Below are positions 23,347 to 33,480 of a stretch of DNA of 64,000 nt, piece after piece. The stretch comes from an uncultured delta proteobacterium (GTDB lineage Bacteria; Desulfobacterota; BSN033; UBA1163): the NCBI GenBank assembly GCA_963708295.1, contig CAVPSJ010000016.1:1-64000 (forward strand), written 5' to 3'. The notes beneath the pieces were generated by a model. That model was not told where the DNA came from and did no database searches. It was given only the letters and a program-made list of their open reading frames with translations. The translations under genes were made by a program, and so were the position numbers. How positions within the stretch are numbered: position 1 is the first letter of the stretch; every line of letters begins with the position of its first letter.

Positions 23347-24470
23347 GGTGTGTGATTGCTGGAGGGGGTACGGGAGGTCATCTTTTCCCGGGAATGGCGA
23401 TTGCTGAGGCATTCGTCGAGAGAGAAAAAGGGAACGAAGTGTTATTTATTGGGACCGAGAAAGGGATCGAAGCCAGGGTCTTGCCCGGAGGAAAATTTCC
23501 GTTGAAGACGATTCGAGCGAAACCCATTCAGGGGAAGTCTCCCCTGGAAAAGATGAAAGCGATTTGGGGCTTACCGATGGCCGTCTCCGAAGCTTTGACG
23601 ATCCTCAAAGAGTTTCAACCGCAACTGGTACTGGGCGTGGGGGGATATGCCTCCGGCCCAACCCTTCTGGCTGCCTCCCTTCTCGGGATGAAGCGGGCCA
23701 TCCAGGAACAGAATGTGATGCCCGGAATGACGAATCGAATTCTAAAGTGGTTCAGCCACCGAATCTTTGTCTCCTTTGAAGAGGCCGAGAAATACTTTCC
23801 CAGGAAGAAAACCCTGCTCACAGGCAACCCGATCCGGAAGGAATTCTTAGCAGCGCTGCGAGAAGATAAGGCGAGAGAGGAGAATAGGAATCGATTTACC
23901 CTCCTCGTTTTCGGAGGAAGCGCGGGGGCACACCGGATCAATCTGGCAATGATCGAAGCCCTAGACGACCTCCAAAGAATGAAATCATCCATGAAGATCA
24001 TTCATCAAACAGGGAAAGAGGATTTCGATTTTGTATCGGGGGAATATCGGGCAAGAGGAGTTGAGGCGCTGGTCAGGCCTTTTTTTGATGACCTCCCCGT
24101 CTACTACCGGATTGCCGATCTGGTCGTCTGCAGGTCGGGCGCAGGCACCGTCGCCGAGTTGGCGGTCTCCGGAAAGGTCGCGCTCTTCATCCCGTATCCC
24201 TATGCAGCTCACCAGCATCAATTGATCAATGCAAGGAAATTAGCCGATGTCGGTGCGGCAAGGATTATTTTAGACCAAGAGCTCAACGGGAAAATCTTGG
24301 CACAGGCCGTCCTCCACCTTCATGACCATCCGGAGGAGCGTGCAAAGATGGAGGAGGCGATTCAACGATTGGCGAGGCCGAGGGCAGCAGAGGAGATTGT
24401 CGATCACTGCTATGCCCTGGTTGGAAAAGGGATGAAGAGTTCTTTGAGTCGATTGGGTTTGTTGCGTTGA
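23343..24470 (+). CDS. murG: Undecaprenyl-PP-MurNAc-pentapeptide GlcNAc transferase
   Basis: GGGTGGH, GNPIR, GGSAGA, RSGAGTVAE, HQLINA. Confidence 0.96.
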   Translation: MRCVIAGGGTGGHLFPGMAIAEAFVEREKGNEVLFIGTEKGIEARVLPGGKFPLKTIRAKPIQGKSPLEKMKAIWGLPMAVSEALTILKEFQPQLVLGVGGYASGPTLLAASLLGMKRAIQEQNVMPGMTNRILKWFSHRIFVSFEEAEKYFPRKKTLLTGNPIRKEFLAALREDKAREENRNRFTLLVFGGSAGAHRINLAMIEALDDLQRMKSSMKIIHQTGKEDFDFVSGEYRARGVEALVRPFFDDLPVYYRIADLVVCRSGAGTVAELAVSGKVALFIPYPYAAHQHQLINARKLADVGAARIILDQELNGKILAQAVLHLHDHPEERAKMEEAIQRLARPRAAEEIVDHCYALVGKGMKSSLSRLGLLR

Positions 24471-24535
24471 TCGGGTTAACTCAAGAAACCCAATAAACCC
24501 AATAAACCCGAAGAACCCAAAGGACACAGAGAGAG
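24437..24535. repeat. Inverted array of degenerate 9-mers overlapping the murG stop
   Basis: (TTGRGT...)n followed by (AACCCAATA)n. Confidence 0.7.
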
Positions 24536-25906
24536 ATGTACCGAAGAGGAAGAATTAAGAATATCCATTTTGTGGGGATCGGTGGAATCGGCATGAGCGG
24601 GATCGCCGAGGTGTTGCTGAACCTCGGTTACCATATCAGCGGTTCTGACCTCAAGGAGACCGAGGTGACTCGAAGACTCCGGACGTTGGGATGTGACATC
24701 TCTTACGGCCACCGAAGGGAAAATCTGAGAGAAGCCGACGTGGTCGTCATCTCCTCAGCCGTTCGGAAAAACAACCCCGAGGTCGAAGCCGCCGAACAGA
24801 GGCTGATCCCCGTCATTCCAAGGGCAGAGATGTTGGCAGAGTTGATGCGAATGAAGATTGGGATTGCCATTGCGGGGACTCATGGGAAGACGACCACCAC
24901 CTCTCTCATCTCCACCGTCTTGGCGGCGGGCGGACTCGATCCCACCGTGGTGATCGGGGGAAGGCTGAACAGTATCGGAAGCAATGCGAGGCTGGGACAG
25001 GGTGAATTTTTGGTGGCCGAAGCGGATGAGAGCGACGGCTCCTTTCTGAAACTAATGCCCACCATAGCCGTCGTGACCAACATCGACCCGGAGCATCTTG
25101 ATTTCTACAAAGGGATCGAAGAGATCAAAGAGACCTTCCTCAGCTTTCTGGAAAAGATCCCGTTTTTTGGATTGGCCGTGCTTTGTCTCGATCATCCGAA
25201 TATTCAAAGTCTTCTTCCGAAGTTGAAGAAGCGCTTTGCCACGTACGGATTGACGACACAGGCTGACTTTCAAGCGAGGGAGGTAGCTTTCGAAGGGCTC
25301 TCCACCTCCTTTGACGTGTTCCACCATCGCCAGGAAATAGGCAGGTTAAGCCTCCGGATGCCCGGAGTTCATAACGTCTACAACGCCCTGGCCACTCTGG
25401 CCACGGCTTTTGAGCTGAATATTCCTTTTCGCGTCGTCCAGGAAACCCTGCGCGACTTTAGCGGGATTCAGAGGCGGTTTCAGATCAAAGGAGAGAAGAA
25501 GGGGGTCCTCATCGTAGATGATTACGGCCATCACCCTGTAGAAATTATGGCCACGCTCAAGGCGGCACGGACAGGTTGGGCGAAAAGGATCATCGCGGTA
25601 TTTCAACCGCATCGTTATACGAGGACGCAAACCCTGTTTAAAGATTTTCTCACCGCCTTTTATGACGCCGACGTCCTCATCCTTACCGATATCTACCCGG
25701 CAGGAGAGGATCGGATAGAAGGGGTTGAATCGAAAGCCTTGTTTGAGGGGCTCCGTGAATATGGCCATAAGGATGTCACGTATTTCGCCGAGAAAGGGGA
25801 GATCGTTGACCATCTCCTCCGTATCCTCTCCCCGGGGGATCTGGTGATCACCCTGGGAGCTGGGGATATCTGGCAGGTTTCAGAGGAGTTGGTGAAACGG
25901 TTATAA
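24536..25906 (+). CDS. murC: UDP-MurNAc:L-Ala ligase
   Basis: [37 protein letters not shown]. Confidence 0.97.
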   Translation: MYRRGRIKNIHFVGIGGIGMSGIAEVLLNLGYHISGSDLKETEVTRRLRTLGCDISYGHRRENLREADVVVISSAVRKNNPEVEAAEQRLIPVIPRAEMLAELMRMKIGIAIAGTHGKTTTTSLISTVLAAGGLDPTVVIGGRLNSIGSNARLGQGEFLVAEADESDGSFLKLMPTIAVVTNIDPEHLDFYKGIEEIKETFLSFLEKIPFFGLAVLCLDHPNIQSLLPKLKKRFATYGLTTQADFQAREVAFEGLSTSFDVFHHRQEIGRLSLRMPGVHNVYNALATLATAFELNIPFRVVQETLRDFSGIQRRFQIKGEKKGVLIVDDYGHHPVEIMATLKAARTGWAKRIIAVFQPHRYTRTQTLFKDFLTAFYDADVLILTDIYPAGEDRIEGVESKALFEGLREYGHKDVTYFAEKGEIVDHLLRILSPGDLVITLGAGDIWQVSEELVKRL

Positions 25907-25995
25907 GCCGTTCGGAGTGATTAGTTCGGAGTTCGGAGGAATATAGAGAAACTCCGAACTCAAAACTCTAAACTCCGAACTCAGACGCGAAGCGG
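25907..25995. repeat. Inverted array of 7-mers
   Basis: (GTTCGGA)n...(ACTCCGA)n. Confidence 0.75.
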
Positions 25996-26901
25996 ATGCA
26001 GAGGGACTACAAGAAATGGGCGTCGGGTCTGATCGAAGGGAGGGTTCTTTTCGATGCACCGATGAGGCGTTTCACATCGATGAAAGTGGGAGGGCCCGCG
26101 GACAGCCTTTTGTTTCCGAAGAATAAAGATGAATTGAAAAAGGTCGTCCGATATGCCAGGAGAAGAAAAATCCCTTTCTTGATTTTAGGGAATGGAACAA
26201 ACTTAGTGGTCACGGATAAGGGGGTTCGTGGATGGATCATCAACTTGACGCAAGGAATGAAAAAAATCGAGATGAACGGAGAGGTCGTCGAGGCCGAAGC
26301 GGGTTCTTCCCTGCAACGACTGGTTCAGTTCACCCTTCAGAAGGGGCTCCAGGGACTCGAACCCTTTTTTGGCATCCCTGGGACCGTAGGGGGTGGGGTG
26401 GCGATGAATGCCGGAGCCTGGGGTGCCGAATTGAAGGATGTCCTTCTTTCCGTGACCTTCATGAAGGAAGATGGAGAAATCACGGAGAGATCCCGTTCGA
26501 GACTTCGGTTCCCCTATCGAGGCTTGGTCCTTCCCCCTTCTTGGATTATCCTCAAAGGCAAGTTTCATTTGAAGAAAGGAATCAAAGAAGAAATTCGTGA
26601 CCGGGTGAGGTCTTATTCGGAGATGAGAAAGAAGAGGCAACCCCTGGATTATCCCAGCGCGGGGTCCGTATTCAAGAATCCCAAAGAAGGCCCGGCAGGA
26701 AAGTGGATCGAAGAAGCTGGATTAAAAGGATTTCGGATCGGCCAAGCCATGGTTTCAGAGCGCCATGCTAATTTCATCATCAATCTGGGAAAAGCCAGAG
26801 CCGAAGAAGTGATTCGTCTCATGGAGTTCGTGGAAAATAAGGTTTACGAGGAGAAGGGGATCTCCCTCGAAAGGGAGGTCAAGGTAGTGGGTGAACCCTA
26901 A
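25996..26901 (+). CDS. murB: UDP-N-acetylenolpyruvoylglucosamine reductase
   Basis: IPGTVGG..AMNAGA, SAGSVFKNP, HANFIIN. Confidence 0.96.
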   Translation: MQRDYKKWASGLIEGRVLFDAPMRRFTSMKVGGPADSLLFPKNKDELKKVVRYARRRKIPFLILGNGTNLVVTDKGVRGWIINLTQGMKKIEMNGEVVEAEAGSSLQRLVQFTLQKGLQGLEPFFGIPGTVGGGVAMNAGAWGAELKDVLLSVTFMKEDGEITERSRSRLRFPYRGLVLPPSWIILKGKFHLKKGIKEEIRDRVRSYSEMRKKRQPLDYPSAGSVFKNPKEGPAGKWIEEAGLKGFRIGQAMVSERHANFIINLGKARAEEVIRLMEFVENKVYEEKGISLEREVKVVGEP

Positions 26902-26911
26902 CGGGGGTTGC

Positions 26912-26964
26912 GCCCTGAACCATGTGAGGTTCAGGGCTGCCATGCACCCCACGTGGTGCATGGC
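26912..26964. repeat. Twin REP-like palindromes; related copy at 52944-52997
   Basis: GCCCTGAACCATGTGAGGTTCAGGGC and CCATGCACCCCACGTGGTGCATGG. Confidence 0.75.
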
Positions 26965-26998
26965 GGAATAAAGACGGTGGAGTTTTGGCGGTAACTCA

Positions 26999-27943
26999 AT
27001 GAAAGAGCCATCGCTCAAGAAGAGGAAAATCGCTGTGATGATGGGTGGGCTGTCTCGAGAGAGAGAGATCTCGGTGAAGACCGGAAAAGCCATCCTGAAG
27101 GCTCTCGGCGAAAAGGGATATCTTGTCATTCCTCTCGATGTCGGGAACGACATTGCAGAAAAATTGGTCAGGGAAAAGGTGGAGTGTGCTTTTCTGGCCC
27201 TCCACGGAAGATTTGGGGAAGATGGAACGATCCAGGGGATGTTGGAGTTGATGAGGATTCCGTATACCGGGTCAGGAGTGCTGGCGAGCGCCCTGGCCAT
27301 GCATAAAATCATGTCCAAGAAGCTCTTTCTCTGTGAGAAAATTCCGACCCCTCGGTTCGAGGCCTTTCGACGGGACGAAATCAAGAAAGATCCTGCCAGA
27401 CGGACTTCCCTCCCCCTGCCCGTCATCGTCAAGCCTGCCGGTGAAGGCTCTACGATCGGCGTTTCCATTGTCCGGAAGGAAGAGGAACTGATTCCCGCTT
27501 TAAAGAAGGCGGGAGAATACGATGAGGAGATATTGGTAGAGGAATTTGTGAAAGGCAAGGAAATCACCGTTGGCATTCTTGAAAATATTCCGTTGCCTGT
27601 CATTGAGATCGTCCCCAAGAGCGGTTTTTACGATTACTACTCTAAATATACCAAGGGTGAGACTCAATACATCCTCCCTGCTCGAATTCAAAGAGAGAAG
27701 TATCTCTCTGCGCAGGAGATCAGCCTCAGGGCCTTCCAGCGGCTGGGCTGCTCAGGGGTGGCGAGAGTCGACTTGATGACGGATGAGAATGAAAATCCGT
27801 ATGTGATTGACGTCAATACCATGCCGGGCATGACGGAGACGAGCCTCCTGCCCAAGGCAGCCCAGTATGCAGGCATTCCGTTTGAAGACTTGGTGGAGCG
27901 TATCTTGTTGGGGGCATCTTTGAAGATAGAGAGTGGAAAGTAA
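26999..27943 (+). CDS. ddl: D-Ala-D-Ala ligase
   Basis: GGLSREREIS, LHGRFGEDG, YDYYSKY, NTMPGMT. Confidence 0.96.
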   Translation: MKEPSLKKRKIAVMMGGLSREREISVKTGKAILKALGEKGYLVIPLDVGNDIAEKLVREKVECAFLALHGRFGEDGTIQGMLELMRIPYTGSGVLASALAMHKIMSKKLFLCEKIPTPRFEAFRRDEIKKDPARRTSLPLPVIVKPAGEGSTIGVSIVRKEEELIPALKKAGEYDEEILVEEFVKGKEITVGILENIPLPVIEIVPKSGFYDYYSKYTKGETQYILPARIQREKYLSAQEISLRAFQRLGCSGVARVDLMTDENENPYVIDVNTMPGMTETSLLPKAAQYAGIPFEDLVERILLGASLKIESGK

Positions 27944-28040
27944 AAAATAGTTTTTGGTTACTTGAGTTGCTTGAGTTCTTTGAGTTAACCCAATAAACTT
28001 AACGAACTCAATAAACTCAATAAACCATAGAGATAAAGAG
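27944..28040. repeat. Inverted array of 9-mers
   Basis: (TTGAGTT..)n followed by (AACTCAATA)n. Confidence 0.75.
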
Positions 28041-28865
28041 ATGGGAGAGCCCCTTACCGTACGAGATGGAAAATTTCTTCGACCGAGGATGCGAAGAACA
28101 GAAAAGGGCGGGGAGAGATTTCAAAAAATCGTGAGAAAAGCAATTCGAACGGCTTTTCAACTTCTTCTCCTCTCCTTTTTTCTCTTCATCGGCCATCGGG
28201 TTTATGTCCATCTCTTGAGCGATTCTTATTTTCGAGTCAGAGAGGTGGAGGTGGAGGGAAGCCGGAAGGTTCCAAAGGAAACCCTTCTTTCCCTCGCGGT
28301 GATGGAAGGGATGCCCAATCTCTTCTCGGTCAAGTTGAAGGAACTCGTGAAACGATTGGAGTCCCATCCCTGGATTGAGCAGGTTCGGGTCAGGAAGGTT
28401 TTTCCGAATAAGATCGTAATTCAGGTGGAAGAGAGAAAGCCGATGGCCATCATCCAATTGGAGGAGCTTTACTATATCGATACCCGAGGAGAGATTTTTA
28501 CTCCGGTCGGAGACAGAGATGAATATAATTACCCATATGTTACCGGCTTGACTCGGCGGGCTTTTGAAAAAGATCCGGTGGAAGCAAGGCGCCTCATCGG
28601 CAAGGCGCTTGAGCTTTTGAGGGTAGTGAATCAGGGGAAGACACTTCCTCTGGGGGAAATATCTGAGATCCATATGGAGAAGGCTTTTGGAATCCATTGT
28701 TTTACCAAAGCAGAAGGTGTGGAGGTCAAAATGGGATGGGAGGACTTTGAGGAGAAGATGAGGAGATTGCCTCTCATCTGGTCAGACCTTCGGAAAAGGG
28801 GATTGTCAGCGGTCTCGATTGATTGCAGTGACTTAACTCAAATGGTGGTGAGAATAGCCCCCTGA
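28041..28865 (+). CDS. ftsQ: Cell division protein FtsQ
   Basis: TM plus POTRA (HPWIEQVRVRKVFPNK..I.VEER); dcw position. Confidence 0.9.
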   Translation: MGEPLTVRDGKFLRPRMRRTEKGGERFQKIVRKAIRTAFQLLLLSFFLFIGHRVYVHLLSDSYFRVREVEVEGSRKVPKETLLSLAVMEGMPNLFSVKLKELVKRLESHPWIEQVRVRKVFPNKIVIQVEERKPMAIIQLEELYYIDTRGEIFTPVGDRDEYNYPYVTGLTRRAFEKDPVEARRLIGKALELLRVVNQGKTLPLGEISEIHMEKAFGIHCFTKAEGVEVKMGWEDFEEKMRRLPLIWSDLRKRGLSAVSIDCSDLTQMVVRIAP

Positions 28866-28893
28866 GGGAAAATGGGGAGGAGGTGATAAAAAG

Positions 28894-30120
28894 GTGGGAA
28901 AAAAGGAATCACTGGTCGTAGGACTGGATATCGGGACGACAAAAATTTGTACCGTGGTCGGCGAGATTTCTGAGGGCCAGGTCAACATCATCGGTCTTGG
29001 AACTTTTCCGTCGAAAGGATTACGAAAAGGGGTGGTCGTCAACATCGATAGCACTGTCCATTCGATCAAAAAGGCGGTCGAGGAAGCGGAGTTGATGGCA
29101 GGCTACCACCTCACTTCTGTCTATGCGGGGATTGCAGGCGGGCATATTCGAGGCATCAACAGTCACGGAGTGATTGCGGTAAAGAACAGGGAGATCAGTC
29201 CGAATGATGTGAAGCGAGTGATCGATGCTGCCAGTGCGGTGGCCATGCCCATGGATCGAGAGGTGATTCACATCATTCCCCAGGAATTCATCGTGGATGA
29301 TCAGGACGGCATCAAAGACCCTGTTGGGATGTCGGGGGTGAGACTGGAGGGAAGGGTTCATATTGTCACCGGCGCCATTACTTCTGCCCAGAATATCATT
29401 AAATGCGCGAACAAAGCAGGGTTGGACGTGGATGACATCGTCTTAGAACAGTTGGGTTCGAGCGAAGCGGTCCTGACACCTGAAGAGAAAGATCTGGGAG
29501 TGGCCATCATCGATATCGGGGGTGGGACCACGGACCTGGTGATCTTCTCAAATGGCGCGATTAAGCATACTTCGGTGTTTTCTTTAGCCGGAAGCCATAT
29601 CACGAATGACATCTCGATGGGACTTCGGACACCTGCAGAAGAGGCGGAGAAGATAAAAATAAGATATGGTTGTGCCCTGACTTCGTTGGTCCGGAAGGAT
29701 GAAACCATTGAAGTTCCAAGTGTGGGAGGAAGGAAACCTCGTGTCCTTTCCAGACAGACCCTGGCCGAGATCGTCGAACCCAGGGTTGAGGAGATTCTCA
29801 CCTTGGTCCAGCATGAAGTGGTCAAAACGGGATTTTCGAGCCTGCTTGCCTCTGGCATCGTCCTCAGCGGAGGAAGTGCCCTTCTGGAGGGTGTTCCCGA
29901 GTTGGCTGAACAGATTTTTAATCTGCCCGTTCGCAGGGGAAGTCCTGTAGGGATCGGTGGGTTGACAGACCTGGTGGCGAGCCCCATCTATGCGACCGGG
30001 GTGGGCCTCGTTCTCTACGGAAGTCGAAATAAAGGGCAGAGTCGGTTCAAGGTGGGCGAGGGAAGTATCTTCAATAAGGTGACCCACCGGATGAGGGAAT
30101 GGATTGGAGAATTCTTTTAA
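28894..30120 (+). CDS. ftsA: Cell division protein FtsA
   Basis: GLDIGTTKI, DIGGGTTD. Confidence 0.97.
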   Translation: MGKKESLVVGLDIGTTKICTVVGEISEGQVNIIGLGTFPSKGLRKGVVVNIDSTVHSIKKAVEEAELMAGYHLTSVYAGIAGGHIRGINSHGVIAVKNREISPNDVKRVIDAASAVAMPMDREVIHIIPQEFIVDDQDGIKDPVGMSGVRLEGRVHIVTGAITSAQNIIKCANKAGLDVDDIVLEQLGSSEAVLTPEEKDLGVAIIDIGGGTTDLVIFSNGAIKHTSVFSLAGSHITNDISMGLRTPAEEAEKIKIRYGCALTSLVRKDETIEVPSVGGRKPRVLSRQTLAEIVEPRVEEILTLVQHEVVKTGFSSLLASGIVLSGGSALLEGVPELAEQIFNLPVRRGSPVGIGGLTDLVASPIYATGVGLVLYGSRNKGQSRFKVGEGSIFNKVTHRMREWIGEFF

Positions 30121-30290
30121 AAGCGTAAACTCGAAACTCGAATATCGGATGAAGGGTCCGTCTCGGACCAATTCGAAACAAACACAAAATTCAAATTTCA
30201 AATTTGATAGAGTTTTAAATCACTTCTAATTTTGAACTTTGAACATTGGGATTTGTTTCGTGCTTCAGATTTTTACTTAAAAAAAAGGAG
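30121..30290. repeat. Inverted degenerate 7-mer array; similar array at 44270-44420
   Basis: AAACTCGAAACTCGAA...AATTCAAATTTCAAA followed by TTTGAACTTTGAA...GATTTGTTTCG. Confidence 0.6.
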
Positions 30291-30297
30291 GGGAGAC

Positions 30298-31518
30298 ATG
30301 ATTGAATTCGACGAAAATAAAAATCTGGCTGCCAAGGTCAAGATCATCGGAATCGGAGGGGGAGGAAACAATGCCCTGAACACCATGATTTCTTATCAGC
30401 TCTCCGGGGTCGATTTTATCGCGGCCAATACCGATGCTCAGGCATTGGCGGAGAATATGGCTCCATTCAAACTGCAATTGGGTGAAAATTTGACGAAAGG
30501 CTTAGGAGCCGGAGCCAATCCGGAGGTGGGAAGAAAGGCCGCGCTCGAGGATGTGGAGCGGATCCGAGAAGTGCTCAAAGGGGCAGACATGGTCTTCATC
30601 ACAGCCGGGTTGGGCGGCGGGACGGGCACGGGCGGGGCGCCGGTGATTGCAGAGGTGGCCCGTGAAATGGGCGCCCTCACCGTGGGCATCGTGACCAAAC
30701 CCTTTCTCTTCGAAGGAAAGAAACGGATGAAACAGGCTGAGGAGGGATTGGCCAATCTGAAGATGACGGCGGATGCCCTCATCACCATCCCGAACCAGCG
30801 GCTCCTTGGCATCAGCGGAAAGAGCATGACCCTGATCGAGGCTTTTAAAAAGGCGGATGACGTTCTCTATCACGCTGCCAAAGGAATTTCAGACATCATT
30901 GTTGGCCACGGCATTATCAATTTGGACTTTGCCGATGTCCGAACGGTCATGGCCGAAACAGGATTGGCATTGATGGGAACAGGAATAGCTTCGGGTGAGA
31001 ATCGATCCGTGGAAGCCGCTCAAAAGGCGATTTCCAGCCCTCTCCTGGAAGACATCACGATCGAAGGTGCCATGGGGCTTCTCATCAACATCACCGGGGG
31101 CGAAAATATGACCCTCAACGAAATCAATGAGGCGACCACGCTCATCCAGAAGGAAGCCCATGAAGATGCCAACGTGATCTGGGGAATGGTGGTCGACAAG
31201 ACGATGAAGGAAGAGATTCGGGTGACCGTGATCGCTACCGGTTTTGGAAGAAAAGAGGAGAAGAAGACTTTTCAGTTTAAGAAGGGGGCTCCGATCTCCT
31301 TTGGCCTGAGAGAGCCCAGCAAGGACATTTCGGATTTCTCTCTTGCTCACAAGCAGAATCACCGGGACATCCCCGCGTTTATGAGAAAGGTGAAGACGAA
31401 CGAGCGGTACGATGAGCTCAAATCGGAGCCGTTGCAGGATTTCTCCGCGCAGGATTTTTCCATGGAGGATGAGGATCGTTTTGATATCCCTACCTTTTTG
31501 CGGAAACAGGCCGACTGA
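30298..31518 (+). CDS. ftsZ: Cell division protein FtsZ
   Basis: GGGTGTG, NLDFADV, C-terminal DIPTFLRKQAD; ATG at 30298 after GGAGG. Confidence 0.98.
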   Translation: MIEFDENKNLAAKVKIIGIGGGGNNALNTMISYQLSGVDFIAANTDAQALAENMAPFKLQLGENLTKGLGAGANPEVGRKAALEDVERIREVLKGADMVFITAGLGGGTGTGGAPVIAEVAREMGALTVGIVTKPFLFEGKKRMKQAEEGLANLKMTADALITIPNQRLLGISGKSMTLIEAFKKADDVLYHAAKGISDIIVGHGIINLDFADVRTVMAETGLALMGTGIASGENRSVEAAQKAISSPLLEDITIEGAMGLLINITGGENMTLNEINEATTLIQKEAHEDANVIWGMVVDKTMKEEIRVTVIATGFGRKEEKKTFQFKKGAPISFGLREPSKDISDFSLAHKQNHRDIPAFMRKVKTNERYDELKSEPLQDFSAQDFSMEDEDRFDIPTFLRKQAD

Positions 31519-31658
31519 ACAAACAAGTTACCAGTGGACAGTGGTCAGTCATCAGTTGTAAAGGGAAAAATTATTTACGAAGACTTGAAATTTGTTATAC
31601 TTGATGACGTAGACTGCTTTTTGAGAACCGATTCCTGACGACTGATAACTGGTAAGCT
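31519..31658. repeat. Inverted degenerate 7-mer array
   Basis: TTACCAGTGGACAGTGGTCAGTCATCAG...CTGACGACTGATAACTGGTAA. Confidence 0.6.
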
Positions 31659-33398
31659 ATGAGTTCCTGGAAGCTCGTTCAAAAAGCGAAGGAAATTCTC
31701 GAAAAAGAAAGGGGAACCATACAAAAAAAATGGGGCGGAAAGATTACCGTCTGTCTTCTCTATCCGAACTCTTACCATATAGGAATGTCCAATCTCGGGT
31801 TTCAAACCCTTTACCGTATTTTAAACGCCCAGGACGATGTCGTCTGTGAAAGAGCTTTTCTTCCCGACCCGGAAGCTCTCCAGTTATACCGCGATACTCG
31901 GACTCCTCTTTTCTCTTTAGAATCCCAGAAACCGCTCTCCAGCTTCGATATCCTAGCCTTCTCGATCTCTTTCGAGAATGATTTTCTGAATGTCCTGACC
32001 CTCTTGGAGCTGGCCCGTCTTCCGTTAGAGAGCCGTCTTCGTGAGGGGGGATATCCCTGGGTGATCGGTGGAGGCGTAGCCGTTTTTCTAAACCCTGAAC
32101 CCATCAGCGACTTTTTTGACCTTTTCATCCTCGGTGAGGCAGAAGAGGTCATCGGGGAATTCTTGGAAGTATGCCGCCAGGCCCTATTGGATAAAGAGAG
32201 GAAGGAGAAGGATCATTTATTGATCAATCTCAGTCGAGTCGAAGGGGTGTACGTCCCGAAGTTTTACCGGGTGATCTACGGGGAGGACGGAAAAATAGCG
32301 GCGATGGATCCCGATTCAGGATTTCCCAAAAAGGTGAAAAGGAGATGGATCCCCAAGCTCGATCAATTTCCAACCCAGTCCGCTCTTTTCACTCCGGATA
32401 CAGAGTTTAGCGAAATGGCTTTAGTCGAGATGAATCGGGGTTGCCCGAGAGGGTGCCGCTTCTGCGCGGCTTGCTTCGTCTATTATCCTTTTCGAAATCG
32501 AAGCCTTGCCCTTCTTGAATCGATTTCGAAGGAAGCCCTTTTGGAAGAACATCGGGTTGGATTGACCGGGACGGCAGTTTCCGACCATCCCCAACTCTTC
32601 CCCCTCTGTCAGAGCATCCTCTCTCATCAGGGAGAAATCTCTTTGTCTTCGTTAAGAGTGGATGCCGTTACCCCATCCCTGATTCAGTGCCTTAAGGCGG
32701 GTGAAGAACGGACGGTAGCCATTGCTCCTGAGGCAGGTTCGGAAAGACTTCGAAGGATGGTGAAAAAAGGCTACAAGGAAGAGGCGATCTTGAAATCCGT
32801 CGATACTCTGGTGGAGAATGGCGTTTCCCAAATCAAATGCTATTTTTTGATTGGCCTTCCCACGGAGACCGAGGAGGATGTGAAGGAAATTCTCCAGCTC
32901 GCCAAGCGGATTCGCCATCACATCCTTTCAGGCCAGAAGGACGGAAGGAAAAGATGGCGGTTAGTACTAAGCGTCAACCCCTTCATTCCCAAACCCGCCA
33001 CCCCCTTTCAGTGGGCACCGCTGGAAGAGGTGGGCGAGTTGAAGAAGAAGTTGAAGATGATTCAAAGAGGAATTCAACGTGAGGGGGGAACGGAGATGAT
33101 TCATGACCTTCCAAAATGGGCTTACGTTCAGGCCTTGCTCTCAAGAGGAGATCGAAGGGTGGCGAAAATATTGATGGCGTCTCACCGGCATCATGGAGAT
33201 TGGAGACAGGCCTTTCGAGAGACGGATATCAACCCTGACTTCTATGTTTATCGAAAAAGGGATTTGGATGAAATCTTTCCCTGGGATTTCATCGACCACG
33301 GCATCCCGAAGGAACGATTGAGAGAGGAGTATGTGAAGGCAATGAAGGAGGCAGGGGTCAGTGAGCCAGACAGGGAGATGCCCAGGGAAAAGACATAA
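31659..33398 (+). CDS. B12-binding-type radical SAM protein (TIGR03960-like N-terminal family)
   Basis: YPNSY.IGMSNLG, CERAFLP, RGCPRGCRFC, APEAGSERLR, PWDFIDHG. Confidence 0.88.
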   Translation: MSSWKLVQKAKEILEKERGTIQKKWGGKITVCLLYPNSYHIGMSNLGFQTLYRILNAQDDVVCERAFLPDPEALQLYRDTRTPLFSLESQKPLSSFDILAFSISFENDFLNVLTLLELARLPLESRLREGGYPWVIGGGVAVFLNPEPISDFFDLFILGEAEEVIGEFLEVCRQALLDKERKEKDHLLINLSRVEGVYVPKFYRVIYGEDGKIAAMDPDSGFPKKVKRRWIPKLDQFPTQSALFTPDTEFSEMALVEMNRGCPRGCRFCAACFVYYPFRNRSLALLESISKEALLEEHRVGLTGTAVSDHPQLFPLCQSILSHQGEISLSSLRVDAVTPSLIQCLKAGEERTVAIAPEAGSERLRRMVKKGYKEEAILKSVDTLVENGVSQIKCYFLIGLPTETEEDVKEILQLAKRIRHHILSGQKDGRKRWRLVLSVNPFIPKPATPFQWAPLEEVGELKKKLKMIQRGIQREGGTEMIHDLPKWAYVQALLSRGDRRVAKILMASHRHHGDWRQAFRETDINPDFYVYRKRDLDEIFPWDFIDHGIPKERLREEYVKAMKEAGVSEPDREMPREKT

Positions 33399-33480
33399 TG
33401 GGGAGATGGGGTGATGGGGAGACGTAAAGAGACAGAAGCAGTACGCAGTAAGCCGTAGGCAGAAGGCAAAGAACGGAGGG

